A program made the position numbers and the translations under genes. Below are positions 27,248 to 36,683 of a stretch of DNA of 64,000 bases, in pieces; position 1 is the first letter of the stretch, and every line of letters begins with the position of its first letter. Source of the DNA: Kiritimatiellia bacterium (GTDB lineage Bacteria; Verrucomicrobiota; Kiritimatiellia; CAIQIC01; Lenti-01). The notes beneath the pieces are model-generated. The model had not been told where the DNA came from, did not search any database, and saw nothing but the letters and a program-made list of their open reading frames with translations. The stretch covers positions 1,216 to 65,215 of the forward strand of contig JAFYAC010000084.1 in NCBI GenBank assembly GCA_017540905.1. The letters run 5' to 3'.

Positions 27248-30200
27248 GCCGCGCCTTTCCCGGCGAGCTCCGCGAAGAGGTCCGCGAGCTTGGCGCCCGT
27301 GACCGGCTTGGCGAGGACCTTCGCGAAATGGCGCGTGTCGTGCGTCGATTCGACTTCGACGTCGGCGGTGATGGCGACCAGCGGGATCGCCGCCAGGCGC
27401 GCGTCGCGCTGCATTTCCTCGGAGAACTGCTGGCCGTCCATTTCGGGCATCCACATGTCGGTGAGCACGATGTCCGGGGTCCAGTCCGCGAGCGCTTCCA
27501 GGGCCTTGACGCCGTTTTCCGCGTAGCGGATTTCGCCGACGCCCAGCTTGCCGAGGTGGATGCCGAGGACCTTGCGGTTGATCGCGATGTCGTCGACCAC
27601 CAGCACCGACTGCGGGATGCCGCGCGCCTTCGCGGGGGCGGCGGGCGGCGCCACCGGGGCCGGCGCGGGGGCTTCGCCGCCGGCGGTCTCCAGTCCGGGG
27701 ATTTCGATGGTGAACGTGGTGCCGTGCCCGAGGCGGCTCTGGACGGACACCGTGCCGCCAGCGCTGTCCACCAGCCGCTTGACGATGGGGAGCCCGAGCC
27801 CGGTGCCCTTGTTGCCGGCGGCCTGGTCGTGCATGCGCGAGGAGATGTCCTGCACGAAGGGGTCGAAGAGCTTGGACATCTTTTCGTCGGAGATGCCGCA
27901 TCCCGTGTCGCCCACCTCGATGCGGAGCAACCCTTCCGCCGGCTTCCACCCGTACTGGACGGAAATCTTCCCGTCCCGGGTGAACTTCGCGGAGTTGCCG
28001 ACGAGGTTGATGAGGATCTGGCGGAAGCCCTGGCGGGAGAGGCGGAGGAGCGGAATCTCGCCCTCGCTCGTCTGGTGGACGGTCAGGCCCACGCCGTTGC
28101 GCTCCAGCAGATGGCCGAAGATCGCCGGCAGTTCGCCCGCCAGTTCGGGGACGTTGCACGTCCCGTCGCGCATGTTCATCGCGCCGGTTTCGAGCTTGGA
28201 GAGGTCGAGGATGTCGTTGATCAGGTCGAGCAGCGCGGTCGCGCTGGAGAGGATGCCCTGCACCCACTCGCGGCGCTTGGACTCGACGCCGCCCTCGTGG
28301 GCGAGGAACTCGGCGAAGCCGATGACGGCGTTGAGCGGCGTGCGCAGCTCGTGGGACATCATGGCGAGGAAGCGGGACTTGGCCATGGCGAGCTCGTGCG
28401 CCTGGTGGGCGGACGCCTGGGCGAGCTGCGCCTGCCGCTTGAGCAGGACGATGAGCGAAACCGCGTACACCAGCAGCAGCGCCGCGAACACCACCGCCGC
28501 GCTCGTCGCGTACTCCTTGAGCTGCTCGTCGGTCAACCCGAAGAACGTCCGCTCGGCGAGCCGCCCCGCCGCCGCGGCCATGAACATCTCCTGCCACTGC
28601 TGCGAGGGGATGCTTTCCATGGTCTTGCGCAGGATGCCGGTGAGCTCGTTGGGCGTGGAGGCGTGCGTGTACATCACGAACTCGGTGCGGAAATCCTCGG
28701 CCCCGTAGAGCTCGTTGCAGCTCTGCGGCACGGGCAGCGAGAAGACGTCCAGCGCCCCGTACGCCGCCGCGTCCGGCCGCTCCGGGTAGGGGATCCAGAA
28801 ATCCGTGTCCCCGCGCATGAACTTCGCCTCGGCCGTCTGGATGCCGGTCTGCGGGGCGACCTCGAACTTGAGCCCCGTGTGGCGCGCGAGCTCTTCCAGC
28901 AGCGCCTTGGGCAGGCCCATGGGGCGGCCCTTTTCGTCGCGCACGGGGAAGGGCCACGGCGAGAAATCGATCACGATCGGCGCCGGGTCCTCCAGGCGGC
29001 GTTCGAGCCATTCGGACTCCTGGACGGTCAGCTCGCTCAGGCCGCTGTGGGCGCCGTAGTGCTTCTCGCTGATGAGGCGCATGTACTTCGGCGAGTCGTC
29101 GCACACCACGTCCAGCGCCTCCTCCAGTTCGCGGAACAGCTCCGGCTTGCCCTTCGCGCACACCAGGTACATCGGGTGCGACGCGTAGAGCCGCAGCGCC
29201 CGCTCCCCGTCCAGCTCCTGCATCTCGATGTTGACGCATCCGTCCACCGCCCCAGAGAAGTACGCGTCCAGCAGCTCCCGGTTCGACGCGAACTCCCGGA
29301 GCTCCACCTCGTAGTGCCGCTCCTCCACGCGCTGCTTCACCCGCTGCGCGCTGAGGGACCCCGCCAGCAGGCCGATCTTCATCCCCTTCCACGTCTCCGG
29401 CCGCCCCGCCTGGTAGGGGCTGCCCGGGCGCGCCCAGAGGTAGATCCGCAGCATTCCGATCGGCGTGTGCGGGAACTCCATCGCCGCGCCGCGCGCCGGA
29501 CTGAACCCCAGCCCGCCCACCAGGTCCAGGCGTCCGGCCTTCACGTCGCCGACGCTCTGGTCGTAGTCGCCGTACACGTAGTCCGGCGTCCAGTGCGTGA
29601 TGGCGCAGAGCGACCGGATCCAGTCCTCGATCAGCCCCGACCGCGCCCCGTCCGGCGTCACCTTGAACAGATCGCCGCGGCTGTAGGCCGCGATGCGCAC
29701 GCGTTTCGCGGGCCGCGCGATGCCCAGCAGCTCCTCGCGCCAGCCGTCATAGCACTCGATGTTGTCGATGTACCACTCCCGGTAGGCCGCCGCGAGCCGC
29801 GCCATCAGCTCCGGGCGGTCCTTGCGCACCGCGAAATACACGTTGCGCATCCCGATGGGCACGATTTCCACGAGCCCTTCCGGACGCTTCCCGTACGGCG
29901 TGTAGAGGAACAGCGCATCCACCTCCCCGGCCTTGAGCGCCTCGACGGCGCCGGCGCTCGTCGGGTACTCCACGTATTCCGGCTCCAGGTTCGCGTGGGC
30001 GAAATACCCCTCCCGGTCGGGGTTCATCCCCTGGGACACCGGCGAATAGGCCACCTTCATGCGCGGCCAGTCGGTGATTTTCATCGAAAGCATGAGCTCG
30101 GCCCGGTCCGGCGTCGCGTACAGCGCATAATGCATCCGGCCGAGCGGCTGGTGCGGGAAATCGTAATCCTCGAGCAGCTTCGGCGTGCGGAACGCCGAGC

Positions 30201-30492
30201 ACACCACCTCCGCGTTCGAGACCACGAGCATCCCCTCCCCGTCGAACTCCGCCCTCACCGGTTCCAGCCCGGCCCGTTGGAACACCTCCCCCATGACCCT
30301 CCGGCAGAACTCCACGTCCGGCGCCGCCCACACGTCGACCTCCGAATTCCGCTCGCAGTCCGCCACCGACACCGTCTCGGCGCGCACCGCCCCCGCCGCC
30401 GCCCACAGCGCCAGAAGCGCCACCGCGGCCGCACCCCGCAGTCCCCCCCGCGTCGTCCTTCCGGTTCCGGCACCTCTCCAATGGCTTTTCAT
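27244..30492 (-). CDS. Hybrid sensor histidine kinase with signal peptide, three periplasmic SBP_bac_3-like domains, TM, HisKA, HATPase_c and REC
   Basis: Full 1082-aa ORF. H-box FLAMMSHELRTPLNAV, GTGLGLPIV, and receiver VLVVDDIAINRK...TDMWMPEMDG...LAKP. No HPt domain. Confidence 0.85.
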   Translation of the reverse strand: MKSHWRGAGTGRTTRGGLRGAAAVALLALWAAAGAVRAETVSVADCERNSEVDVWAAPDVEFCRRVMGEVFQRAGLEPVRAEFDGEGMLVVSNAEVVCSAFRTPKLLEDYDFPHQPLGRMHYALYATPDRAELMLSMKITDWPRMKVAYSPVSQGMNPDREGYFAHANLEPEYVEYPTSAGAVEALKAGEVDALFLYTPYGKRPEGLVEIVPIGMRNVYFAVRKDRPELMARLAAAYREWYIDNIECYDGWREELLGIARPAKRVRIAAYSRGDLFKVTPDGARSGLIEDWIRSLCAITHWTPDYVYGDYDQSVGDVKAGRLDLVGGLGFSPARGAAMEFPHTPIGMLRIYLWARPGSPYQAGRPETWKGMKIGLLAGSLSAQRVKQRVEERHYEVELREFASNRELLDAYFSGAVDGCVNIEMQELDGERALRLYASHPMYLVCAKGKPELFRELEEALDVVCDDSPKYMRLISEKHYGAHSGLSELTVQESEWLERRLEDPAPIVIDFSPWPFPVRDEKGRPMGLPKALLEELARHTGLKFEVAPQTGIQTAEAKFMRGDTDFWIPYPERPDAAAYGALDVFSLPVPQSCNELYGAEDFRTEFVMYTHASTPNELTGILRKTMESIPSQQWQEMFMAAAAGRLAERTFFGLTDEQLKEYATSAAVVFAALLLVYAVSLIVLLKRQAQLAQASAHQAHELAMAKSRFLAMMSHELRTPLNAVIGFAEFLAHEGGVESKRREWVQGILSSATALLDLINDILDLSKLETGAMNMRDGTCNVPELAGELPAIFGHLLERNGVGLTVHQTSEGEIPLLRLSRQGFRQILINLVGNSAKFTRDGKISVQYGWKPAEGLLRIEVGDTGCGISDEKMSKLFDPFVQDISSRMHDQAAGNKGTGLGLPIVKRLVDSAGGTVSVQSRLGHGTTFTIEIPGLETAGGEAPAPAPVAPPAAPAKARGIPQSVLVVDDIAINRKVLGIHLGKLGVGEIRYAENGVKALEALADWTPDIVLTDMWMPEMDGQQFSEEMQRDARLAAIPLVAITADVEVESTHDTRHFAKVLAKPVTGAKLADLFAELAGKGAA

Positions 30493-30576
30493 CGTGTAGT
30501 CTCTTTCGGTAAAACTCGGTTTTTATAGCCCTTTTCCCCCTCCCCCGCAAGCCCCTATCGCGCCCCTTTTTCCACC

Positions 30577-30818
30577 GGGGCGCATCTCCGGTTTGTGCAC
30601 GGGGCGGACCAAATCCACGCTTGCATATTCCCGCGCGAGGCGCATGGTGGGGCGAGGCGTCCCCGCCGAGCCGTTCTTGCCGGTTTTCCAGATCTCCTGC
30701 CCCCTTCCACACCGGCTCGCCGGGGACGGCTCGCCCCACCAGGGGCCTTGCCATCCAATCAAGGGGCACCAAAAGTCGAGGCGGAAGGGAGGAGGGGGCA
30801 CAAACCGGAGATGCGCCC
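30577..30818. repeat. About 240-bp nested inverted repeat (outer 21-bp arms plus inner 27-bp arms); MITE- or structured-RNA-like
   Basis: Outer arms ggggcgcatctccggtttgtgc (30577-30598) and gcacaaaccggagatgcgccc (30798-30818). Inner arms gtggggcgaggcgtccccgccgagccg (30647-30673) and cggctcgccggggacggctcgccccac (30713-30739). Confidence 0.7.
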
Positions 30819-30881
30819 TTCCGCGCGACCTGTGGATGGAAAACTTCCGGGAAGTTGCAGTAAAAACTTGACCCGCTCTAG
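30818..30881 (-). mobile_element. Partial MITE-like element (left-end half of the about 175-bp family) abutting argC
   Basis: Reverse complement cctagagcgggtcaagtttttactgcaacttcccggaagttttccatccacaggtcgcgcggaagg matches the left halves of the copies at 47633, 50460 and 60890. The TAG stop of argC lies in its terminus. Confidence 0.6.
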
Positions 30882-31936
30882 GGATAGCACCCCGGACGGT
30901 CCAGCGCCGTGTCTTCGGGGAATCCGCACAGGATGTTCATGTTCTGCAGGGCGTTGCCCGCCTGGCCCTTCACCAGGTTGTCGATGTGCGACACCACGCG
31001 CAGGCGGCGCGTCCGCTCGTCCACCGTCACCGTCAGGTTGCAGTAGTTGGTGCCGCGGACGTGGACCGTGCCGATCGCCGCGTTCTCGTCGTAGAGGCGG
31101 ACAAAGCGGTTGTTCCTGTGGAACTCCGCGTAGGCTTCCCGCACCTGCGCCGGGGTCACGCCGTCGCGGAGCGTCCCGTAGAGGCAGCTCATGATGCCGC
31201 GGCAGACCGGCACCACCTGCGCCGTGAACGTCACCCGCATCTCCTCGCCCGCCAGCTTGCCCAGCAGGCGCTCGACCTCCATCACGTGCTGGTGGCCCTT
31301 CAGGCGGTAGGCGCCCATGTTCTCGTAGCGGGCCGGGAAGTGGTGCCCCGCGCTCGGCTTCTTGCCCGCGCCGCTGATGCCGGTCTTGCAGTCGCAGATG
31401 ACGCTCGCCGGATCGACCAGCTTCGCCGCCGCCGCCGGCGCCAGCCCCAGCAGGCAGCTCATCGCGAAGCAGCCGGGATTGCCGACGAGACGCTGGTTCT
31501 CGCGGTAGGCCGCGCGGTTGAGCTCGGGCAGGCCGTACACCGTCTCGGCGAGCAGCTCCGGCGCCTTGTGGACGGGGTCCTTGCCGATGCGGCGTGCGTA
31601 TTCCGCGTAGTCCTCCGCGTTGTCGAAGCGGAAGTCGCCGCTGTAGTCGATGACCTTCGCGCCCTTCGCCAGCTCGGCGGGCGCCTGCCGCTGCCCCACG
31701 CCGTCGGGGGTCGAGAAGAACACGACGTCCGCCGGCTCCTGCGCCGCCGGGTCGTCCGGCGCGAGGATGGGCAAATCGCAGAAGCCCTGCAAATGCGGAT
31801 ACAGCTGGCTCATCGGCATGCCCGTCTCCGTCGCCGCGACGAGCGTCCGGATCTTCACCCCCGGATGCCGCAGCAGCAGCTCCACGATCCCGACCCCGCC
31901 ATATCCCCCGCACCCGACCACCTTGACGTTCAGCAT
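30878..31936 (-). CDS. argC: N-acetyl-gamma-glutamyl-phosphate reductase
   Basis: ORF 30878..32101 trimmed to ATG 31936 (MLNVKVVGCGGYGGVGIVELL). Active-site region LVGNPGCFAMSCLLGL; C-terminal DNLVKGQAGNALQNMN. Confidence 0.9.
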   Translation of the reverse strand: MLNVKVVGCGGYGGVGIVELLLRHPGVKIRTLVAATETGMPMSQLYPHLQGFCDLPILAPDDPAAQEPADVVFFSTPDGVGQRQAPAELAKGAKVIDYSGDFRFDNAEDYAEYARRIGKDPVHKAPELLAETVYGLPELNRAAYRENQRLVGNPGCFAMSCLLGLAPAAAAKLVDPASVICDCKTGISGAGKKPSAGHHFPARYENMGAYRLKGHQHVMEVERLLGKLAGEEMRVTFTAQVVPVCRGIMSCLYGTLRDGVTPAQVREAYAEFHRNNRFVRLYDENAAIGTVHVRGTNYCNLTVTVDERTRRLRVVSHIDNLVKGQAGNALQNMNILCGFPEDTALDRPGCYP

Positions 31937-32227
31937 GTTTCGACCTTTCCTTTCTGGCAATTCGCAAATCCGCGGCGGGATGCGGCATCCCGCCGCTTCT
32001 CCCGCCCCCAAAGAACGTCCCGCGCGCCGCACCGGCCCAAACCCGCGTTGCGGCGGAAACCCGCCGCCAGGTTGGACGCCAGGCGCTCCCGCGCAGGGCA
32101 ACCGTCCGCCAATCTACCACCGCCCCCCCGAAAGGCAAGGCGGAAGCACCCCCCCGCCCTCCCGCAACATCCCCCCGCCCCTCTCCCCCGCACAGTCCAT
32201 CCAACTTTTGCAATCACAAGAAAACCC

Positions 32228-32256
32228 TTGACATCCCTCCGAAACCCCTCCATTCT
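32228..32256 (+). promoter_or_regulatory. Sigma-70-like promoter candidate giving a near-leaderless transcript
   Basis: TTGACA, 17-nt spacer, CATTCT. The ATG at 32263 is 7 nt after the -10, and no RBS is visible. Confidence 0.35.
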
Positions 32257-32262
32257 CCCCCC

Positions 32263-33213
32263 ATGAACATCCTCACCTCCGCCTCCAAGAAAACCTCCTC
32301 CATCTTCCAGGAACTCGCCGACGCCCCCGCCATCGCCCCCATCTACGCCTTCCCCGTCACTGCCCCCGTCCTCCTCGCCCTCGGCACCGGCGTATTCACC
32401 GCCTGCCTCGCCACCGAGACCGGCCGCGCCATCCTCTCCGAAATCAAGCGCCGCCGTCGCCTCCGCGAAAAACTCCCCGCCTCCCCCTCCCTGCGCGGCT
32501 CCCCTACCCCGGAAGAACTCGAAGCCGACGGCGCCCTCTTTCCCCGCACCCTGGCCATCCGCCTGCGCATCGGCTCCCGCCTGGCCGACCTCGAACCCAC
32601 GCTGGCCCGCATCTACCGCCACAAAAAGCTCCCCAACGGCCAAAAGCGCCTCGCCGCCCGCGCCCCCGGGCTCAAAGGATGGCTCGCCGACCGCCGCGTC
32701 ACCCTCAACTACTCCACCCTCGTCCGCTACAAAAAGCTCGCCCAGCGCCTCCGCCAGCTCCTCGCCCTCGACGACCGCCTCCCCCTCGAATGGCTCATGC
32801 CCGGCGCATCCCCCGACCGCCCGCTCCCCGCCGACCTACAAGCCCCCTGCGCCGCCGCGCGCCGCCGCCTCGCCCGCCTCCTGCGCGAGCACCGGAACTT
32901 CGACCGACTGCGCAAGCACGTCGAGGCGAAGCTGGGCATCCCCGAGCTGCTGACCGTACGCCGCAACGCCCGCCGCGCGAAGGAAGCGGCCCGGTCCCGC
33001 CGCTGGCTGGCGAAACAAAAGCCAATCCACTGCCGGTCGGTGGTCCTCGGCGACTACACGGTGAACACGGACCCGACCCGACTGGACGCGACGGCACGCG
33101 CCTTTGCCCGCTTCCTCCGCGAAAAAGACCTACCGCCGAAGCTCGCCGCCCTCCGCGACCGCTTCCTCCGCCGGCTCGCCGACGCCGCCGGCTCCCCCGC
33201 CGCCGGACCTTGA
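32263..33213 (+). CDS. Hypothetical protein (one N-terminal hydrophobic segment, Arg/Leu-rich helical remainder)
   Basis: 316-aa ORF with ATG start. No family recognised. Confidence 0.45.
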   Translation: MNILTSASKKTSSIFQELADAPAIAPIYAFPVTAPVLLALGTGVFTACLATETGRAILSEIKRRRRLREKLPASPSLRGSPTPEELEADGALFPRTLAIRLRIGSRLADLEPTLARIYRHKKLPNGQKRLAARAPGLKGWLADRRVTLNYSTLVRYKKLAQRLRQLLALDDRLPLEWLMPGASPDRPLPADLQAPCAAARRRLARLLREHRNFDRLRKHVEAKLGIPELLTVRRNARRAKEAARSRRWLAKQKPIHCRSVVLGDYTVNTDPTRLDATARAFARFLREKDLPPKLAALRDRFLRRLADAAGSPAAGP

Positions 33214-33681
33214 CCGCGCCACCGCCCGCCGCCACGCCCGCACGAACCACCCGCGCTCCTGCGCGAGGCCAAACAGCACCGACGCGGCGGCCAGGGACAG
33301 CAACGTCAGCGTCGCGGGAAACTCCCCGTAGTCGTACGAACCCTTCACAACAAATAAACCCGGCAATCCCGCCAAGGACGCAAGAATTCCCGCCACGATC
33401 CACCTGTTCCACTCCCGCGCGACCGCCCCATACAGCATCGCCAGCACGAACGGCAGGACCAGAAACCCGGGCCACAACCACAACGGCCGGGCCATCGCCG
33501 CGAGCTGTGCCAGCCACATCACCCCTATCCATCCACCGCCCCATGCCGCGAGCGAAAACTCCCACGGCCACTGCCCCGTTGCGATGGCATACGCCCACGT
33601 GAGCCCCGCCCAGCATGCCGCGACGCCCCCTACCGTAGTCCTGCCGCCTTGCATGATGGCCGTTATCAGTCCGTCATTCAT
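33130..33681 (-). CDS. Small Trp-rich integral membrane protein, hypothetical
   Basis: 183-aa ORF with ATG start and 4-5 hydrophobic helices (GQWPWEFSLAAWGGGWIGVMWLAQL...). Its 3' end overlaps the convergent gene by 84 nt. The palindrome array lies 50-90 bp upstream. Confidence 0.5.
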   Translation of the reverse strand: MNDGLITAIMQGGRTTVGGVAACWAGLTWAYAIATGQWPWEFSLAAWGGGWIGVMWLAQLAAMARPLWLWPGFLVLPFVLAMLYGAVAREWNRWIVAGILASLAGLPGLFVVKGSYDYGEFPATLTLLSLAAASVLFGLAQERGWFVRAWRRAVARSRSGGGGAGGVGEPAEEAVAEGGELRR

Positions 33682-33729
33682 GCCCGCCTTTTACGCAATC
33701 CATGGCGGCGCGGCAAGGCGGAAATCGAG

Positions 33730-33771
33730 TTTTCCAACCATTGGAAAACTTTTTTCCAATCATTGGAAAAA
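33730..33771. repeat. Array of 2 AT-rich palindromes TTTTCCAA(C/T)CATTGGAAAA (centres 22 bp apart)
   Basis: ttttccaaccattggaaaa, then ct, then tttttccaatcattggaaaaa. Same motif as the arrays at 45262 and 58974. Confidence 0.9.
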
Positions 33772-33800
33772 TTGCGGGGCAACGGTTGCGGCGGTCGCGC

Positions 33801-33845
33801 GGGGGCAATCGAGAGCAGTCGACTGCAATCGATTGCAATCGAATG
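33801..33845. repeat. Second copy of the 11-mer (TCGAYTGCAAN) element, intergenic
   Basis: gggggcaatcgagagcagtcgactgcaatcgattgcaatcgaatg is the inverted counterpart of 24726..24771. Confidence 0.85.
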
Positions 33846-33869
33846 CTCTCGGGGGGCGGGGGCGGGCGC

Positions 33870-36548
33870 TTACAGGCTTTCGAGGAGGGTGGCGAGTTTG
33901 TCGCGCTTTTCCTGGAGTTCCTTGCGGCGGGCGCGGGCTTGTTCCACCACCTCGGGCTTGGCGCGGGAGATGAAGTTGACGTTCTCCAGGCGCTTGGAGG
34001 TGTTCTCGAGTTCCTGGGAGGTCTTGGCGAGCTGCTCGGAAAGGCGCTTCTTTTCGGCGTCGACGTCGATGTGGCCCGCCAGCGACATGAAGAGGGTCCC
34101 CAGGGGGGTGATGACGCTCGGCATGGCTTTCGCGGGGGCATAGTCCATCTCGACTTCGAATTTCTCGGCCCGCAGGTGCGGGAGGTACGCGGCGCGGTCG
34201 GCGGAGACGCGCGAGGCGGTCGCGGCGTCGGCCGGGCGGAGGATGAAGTCGGCGGTCTGCGCGGGCGCGAGGCCGTAGTCGGCCCGCAGGTTCCGCGCGA
34301 GCCCGATGGTGGCGTGCTTGGCGTCGACGTAGGCGACGGCGTCGGGGGAGATGCCCTGCGCGAGGAGTTCTTCTTCGTCGAGGGCCTTGGGCCAGGGGGC
34401 GACGACGATGGACTCGGCGATCTGCGTGTAGCCCATGTCCTGCCAGAGTTCTTCGGTGAGGAACGGCATGATGGGGTGCAGGAGGCAGAGGGCGCGCGAG
34501 AGGATGTAGTGCATGACCTTGAGGACTTCGGCCTTGCGCGCGGGGTCGTTGCCGTAGAAAGGCTGCTTGGCGTATTCGACGTACCAGTCGCAGTATTCGT
34601 GCCAGAAGAATTCGAGGATGGCCTTGGCGTAGTCGTTGAAGCGGCAGCGCTCGATGTGTTCGTCGCACGCGGCGATGAGCCGGTGCAGCCGCGCGATGAT
34701 GTGCTGGTCGTCGGCGGTGAGCAGGGCGGGGTCGAACTGGGGGTCGCGCACGTCGGGGGCCTCGCCGGGGGTGTTCATCTGGAGGAAGCGGGCGGCGTTC
34801 CAGATCTTGGTGCCGAAGTTGCGCCCGAGCTCGAACTTTTCCTTGGAGATGTACACGTCCTGGCCGGTCGCCGTCAGCGCGATGAGGCTGAAGCGCAGCG
34901 CGTCGGCGGAGAAGTCGCGGATGATGTCCAGCGGGTCGATGGAGTTTCCGAGGGACTTGGACATCTTGCGGCCCTGGTTGTCGCGGACGGTCCCGTGCAG
35001 GTAGATGCGCCGGAAGGGGACGTCGCCCATGAACTCGAGCCCCGCCATGATCATGCGCGAAACCCAGAAGAAGATGATGTCCGGCGCCGTGACCAGGTCG
35101 CTCGTCGGGTAGTAGAACTTGAGCGACTCGGTCTGCTCGGGCCACCCGAGGGTGCTGAACGGCCACAGCCAGGAGCTGAACCACGTGTCCAGCACGTCGG
35201 GGTCCTGGCGGAATTTCTCCGACCCGCACTTGGGGCAGCGGTCGGGGGCGGTGCGGGCGGCCCACTCGTGGCCGCAGCCTTCGGCCTCGCAGGTGTAGAC
35301 GGGGATGCGGTGGCCCCACCAGATCTGGCGGGAGATGCACCAGTCGCGGATGTTCTCCATCCATTCGAGGTAGACCTTGTTCCAGCGCTCGGGGACGAAC
35401 TTGAAGCGGCCTTCCTTGAGCGCCTCGATGGCGGGGCGGGCGAGGGGCTTCATCCGGACGAACCACTGCGGCGAGAGGCGCGGCTCCACGACGGTGTGGC
35501 ACCGGTAGCAGTGGCCGACCGCGTGCTGGTGCGGCTCGACCTTCACGAGCAGGCCGGCGGCCTGGAGGTCGGCGACGATCTTGTCGCGGCAGGCGAAGCG
35601 GTCGAGGCCGGCGTAGGGGCCGGCGTTCTCGTTCATTTTGGCGTCGTCGGTCATGACGTTGATCGACGGCAGGTCGTGGCGGCGGCCCATCTCGAAGTCG
35701 TTGGGGTCGTGCGCGGGGGTGACCTTGACGGCGCCGGTGCCGAACTGCGGGTCGACGTAGTCGTCCTCGATGACGGGGATTTCGCGGCCGACGAGCGGCA
35801 GGACGAGGGTCTTGCCCTTGAGCTTGGCGTAGCGCTCGTCGCGGGAGTTGACGGCGACGGCCGTGTCGCCGAGCAGCGTCTCGGGGCGGGTCGTGGCGAC
35901 GACCACGCACTCGTTCTTGCGGCCGTCCTTGACGGGGTACCGGATGTGCCAGAGGTGGCCCGCCTCGTCCTCGTGCTCGCTCTCCTCGTCGGAGAGGGCG
36001 GTGCAGCAGCGGGGGCACCAGTTGATGATGTAGTTGCCGCGGTAGATGAGCTTCTTGTCGTAGAGGCGGCAGAAGACCTCGGCGACGGCGCGGCTGAGGC
36101 CCTCGTCCATGGTGAAGCGGGTGCGGTCCCAGTCGCAGGAATTGCCGAGCTTGCGGAGCTGGTTGAGGATGGTGCCGCCGTACTGCTCCTTCCAGGCCCA
36201 GACCTCCTTGAGGAAATCCTCGCGGGACATGTCCCAGCGGGTCTTGCCCTCCTTCTTGAGCTTGCGTTCGACGACGTTCTGGGTGGCGATGCCGGCGTGG
36301 TCGGTGCCGGGGACCCAGACGGTGTTGAAGCCCTGCATGCGGCGGCGGCGGACGAGGACGTCCTGGATGGACTCGTTGAGGGCGTGGCCCATGTGGAGGA
36401 TGCCGGTGACGTTGGGCGGGGGTATGACGATGCTGTAGGGCTTGCCGCCCTTGGAGGGTTCGGCATGGAAGAAGCCCTTCTCGCACCACCACTGGTACCA
36501 CTTGGGCTCGGCGGTCTTGGGGTCGTAGGATTTCGGAAGTTCGGTCAT
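33870..36548 (-). CDS. valS: Valine--tRNA ligase
   Basis: ORF 33870..36596. [14 protein letters not shown] (HIGH), [11 protein letters not shown] (KMSKS) and a C-terminal coiled coil. Start placed at ATG 36548 ([10 protein letters not shown]) with GAGGAG 9 nt upstream; ATG 36596 is an alternative. Confidence 0.95.
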   Translation of the reverse strand: MTELPKSYDPKTAEPKWYQWWCEKGFFHAEPSKGGKPYSIVIPPPNVTGILHMGHALNESIQDVLVRRRRMQGFNTVWVPGTDHAGIATQNVVERKLKKEGKTRWDMSREDFLKEVWAWKEQYGGTILNQLRKLGNSCDWDRTRFTMDEGLSRAVAEVFCRLYDKKLIYRGNYIINWCPRCCTALSDEESEHEDEAGHLWHIRYPVKDGRKNECVVVATTRPETLLGDTAVAVNSRDERYAKLKGKTLVLPLVGREIPVIEDDYVDPQFGTGAVKVTPAHDPNDFEMGRRHDLPSINVMTDDAKMNENAGPYAGLDRFACRDKIVADLQAAGLLVKVEPHQHAVGHCYRCHTVVEPRLSPQWFVRMKPLARPAIEALKEGRFKFVPERWNKVYLEWMENIRDWCISRQIWWGHRIPVYTCEAEGCGHEWAARTAPDRCPKCGSEKFRQDPDVLDTWFSSWLWPFSTLGWPEQTESLKFYYPTSDLVTAPDIIFFWVSRMIMAGLEFMGDVPFRRIYLHGTVRDNQGRKMSKSLGNSIDPLDIIRDFSADALRFSLIALTATGQDVYISKEKFELGRNFGTKIWNAARFLQMNTPGEAPDVRDPQFDPALLTADDQHIIARLHRLIAACDEHIERCRFNDYAKAILEFFWHEYCDWYVEYAKQPFYGNDPARKAEVLKVMHYILSRALCLLHPIMPFLTEELWQDMGYTQIAESIVVAPWPKALDEEELLAQGISPDAVAYVDAKHATIGLARNLRADYGLAPAQTADFILRPADAATASRVSADRAAYLPHLRAEKFEVEMDYAPAKAMPSVITPLGTLFMSLAGHIDVDAEKKRLSEQLAKTSQELENTSKRLENVNFISRAKPEVVEQARARRKELQEKRDKLATLLESL

Positions 36549-36683
36549 GGGATCGGTCTCCTCGTTCAATGCATGTAAACTTTTATTATCGGCCATCCCC
36601 CCCCCGCGGGCAAGGAAAAACGCCCGCCGGAAAAACGGGCCGGCCGCAGGCCTCCCCCACCCTCCCGCGCGCGGGCCGCCGGC

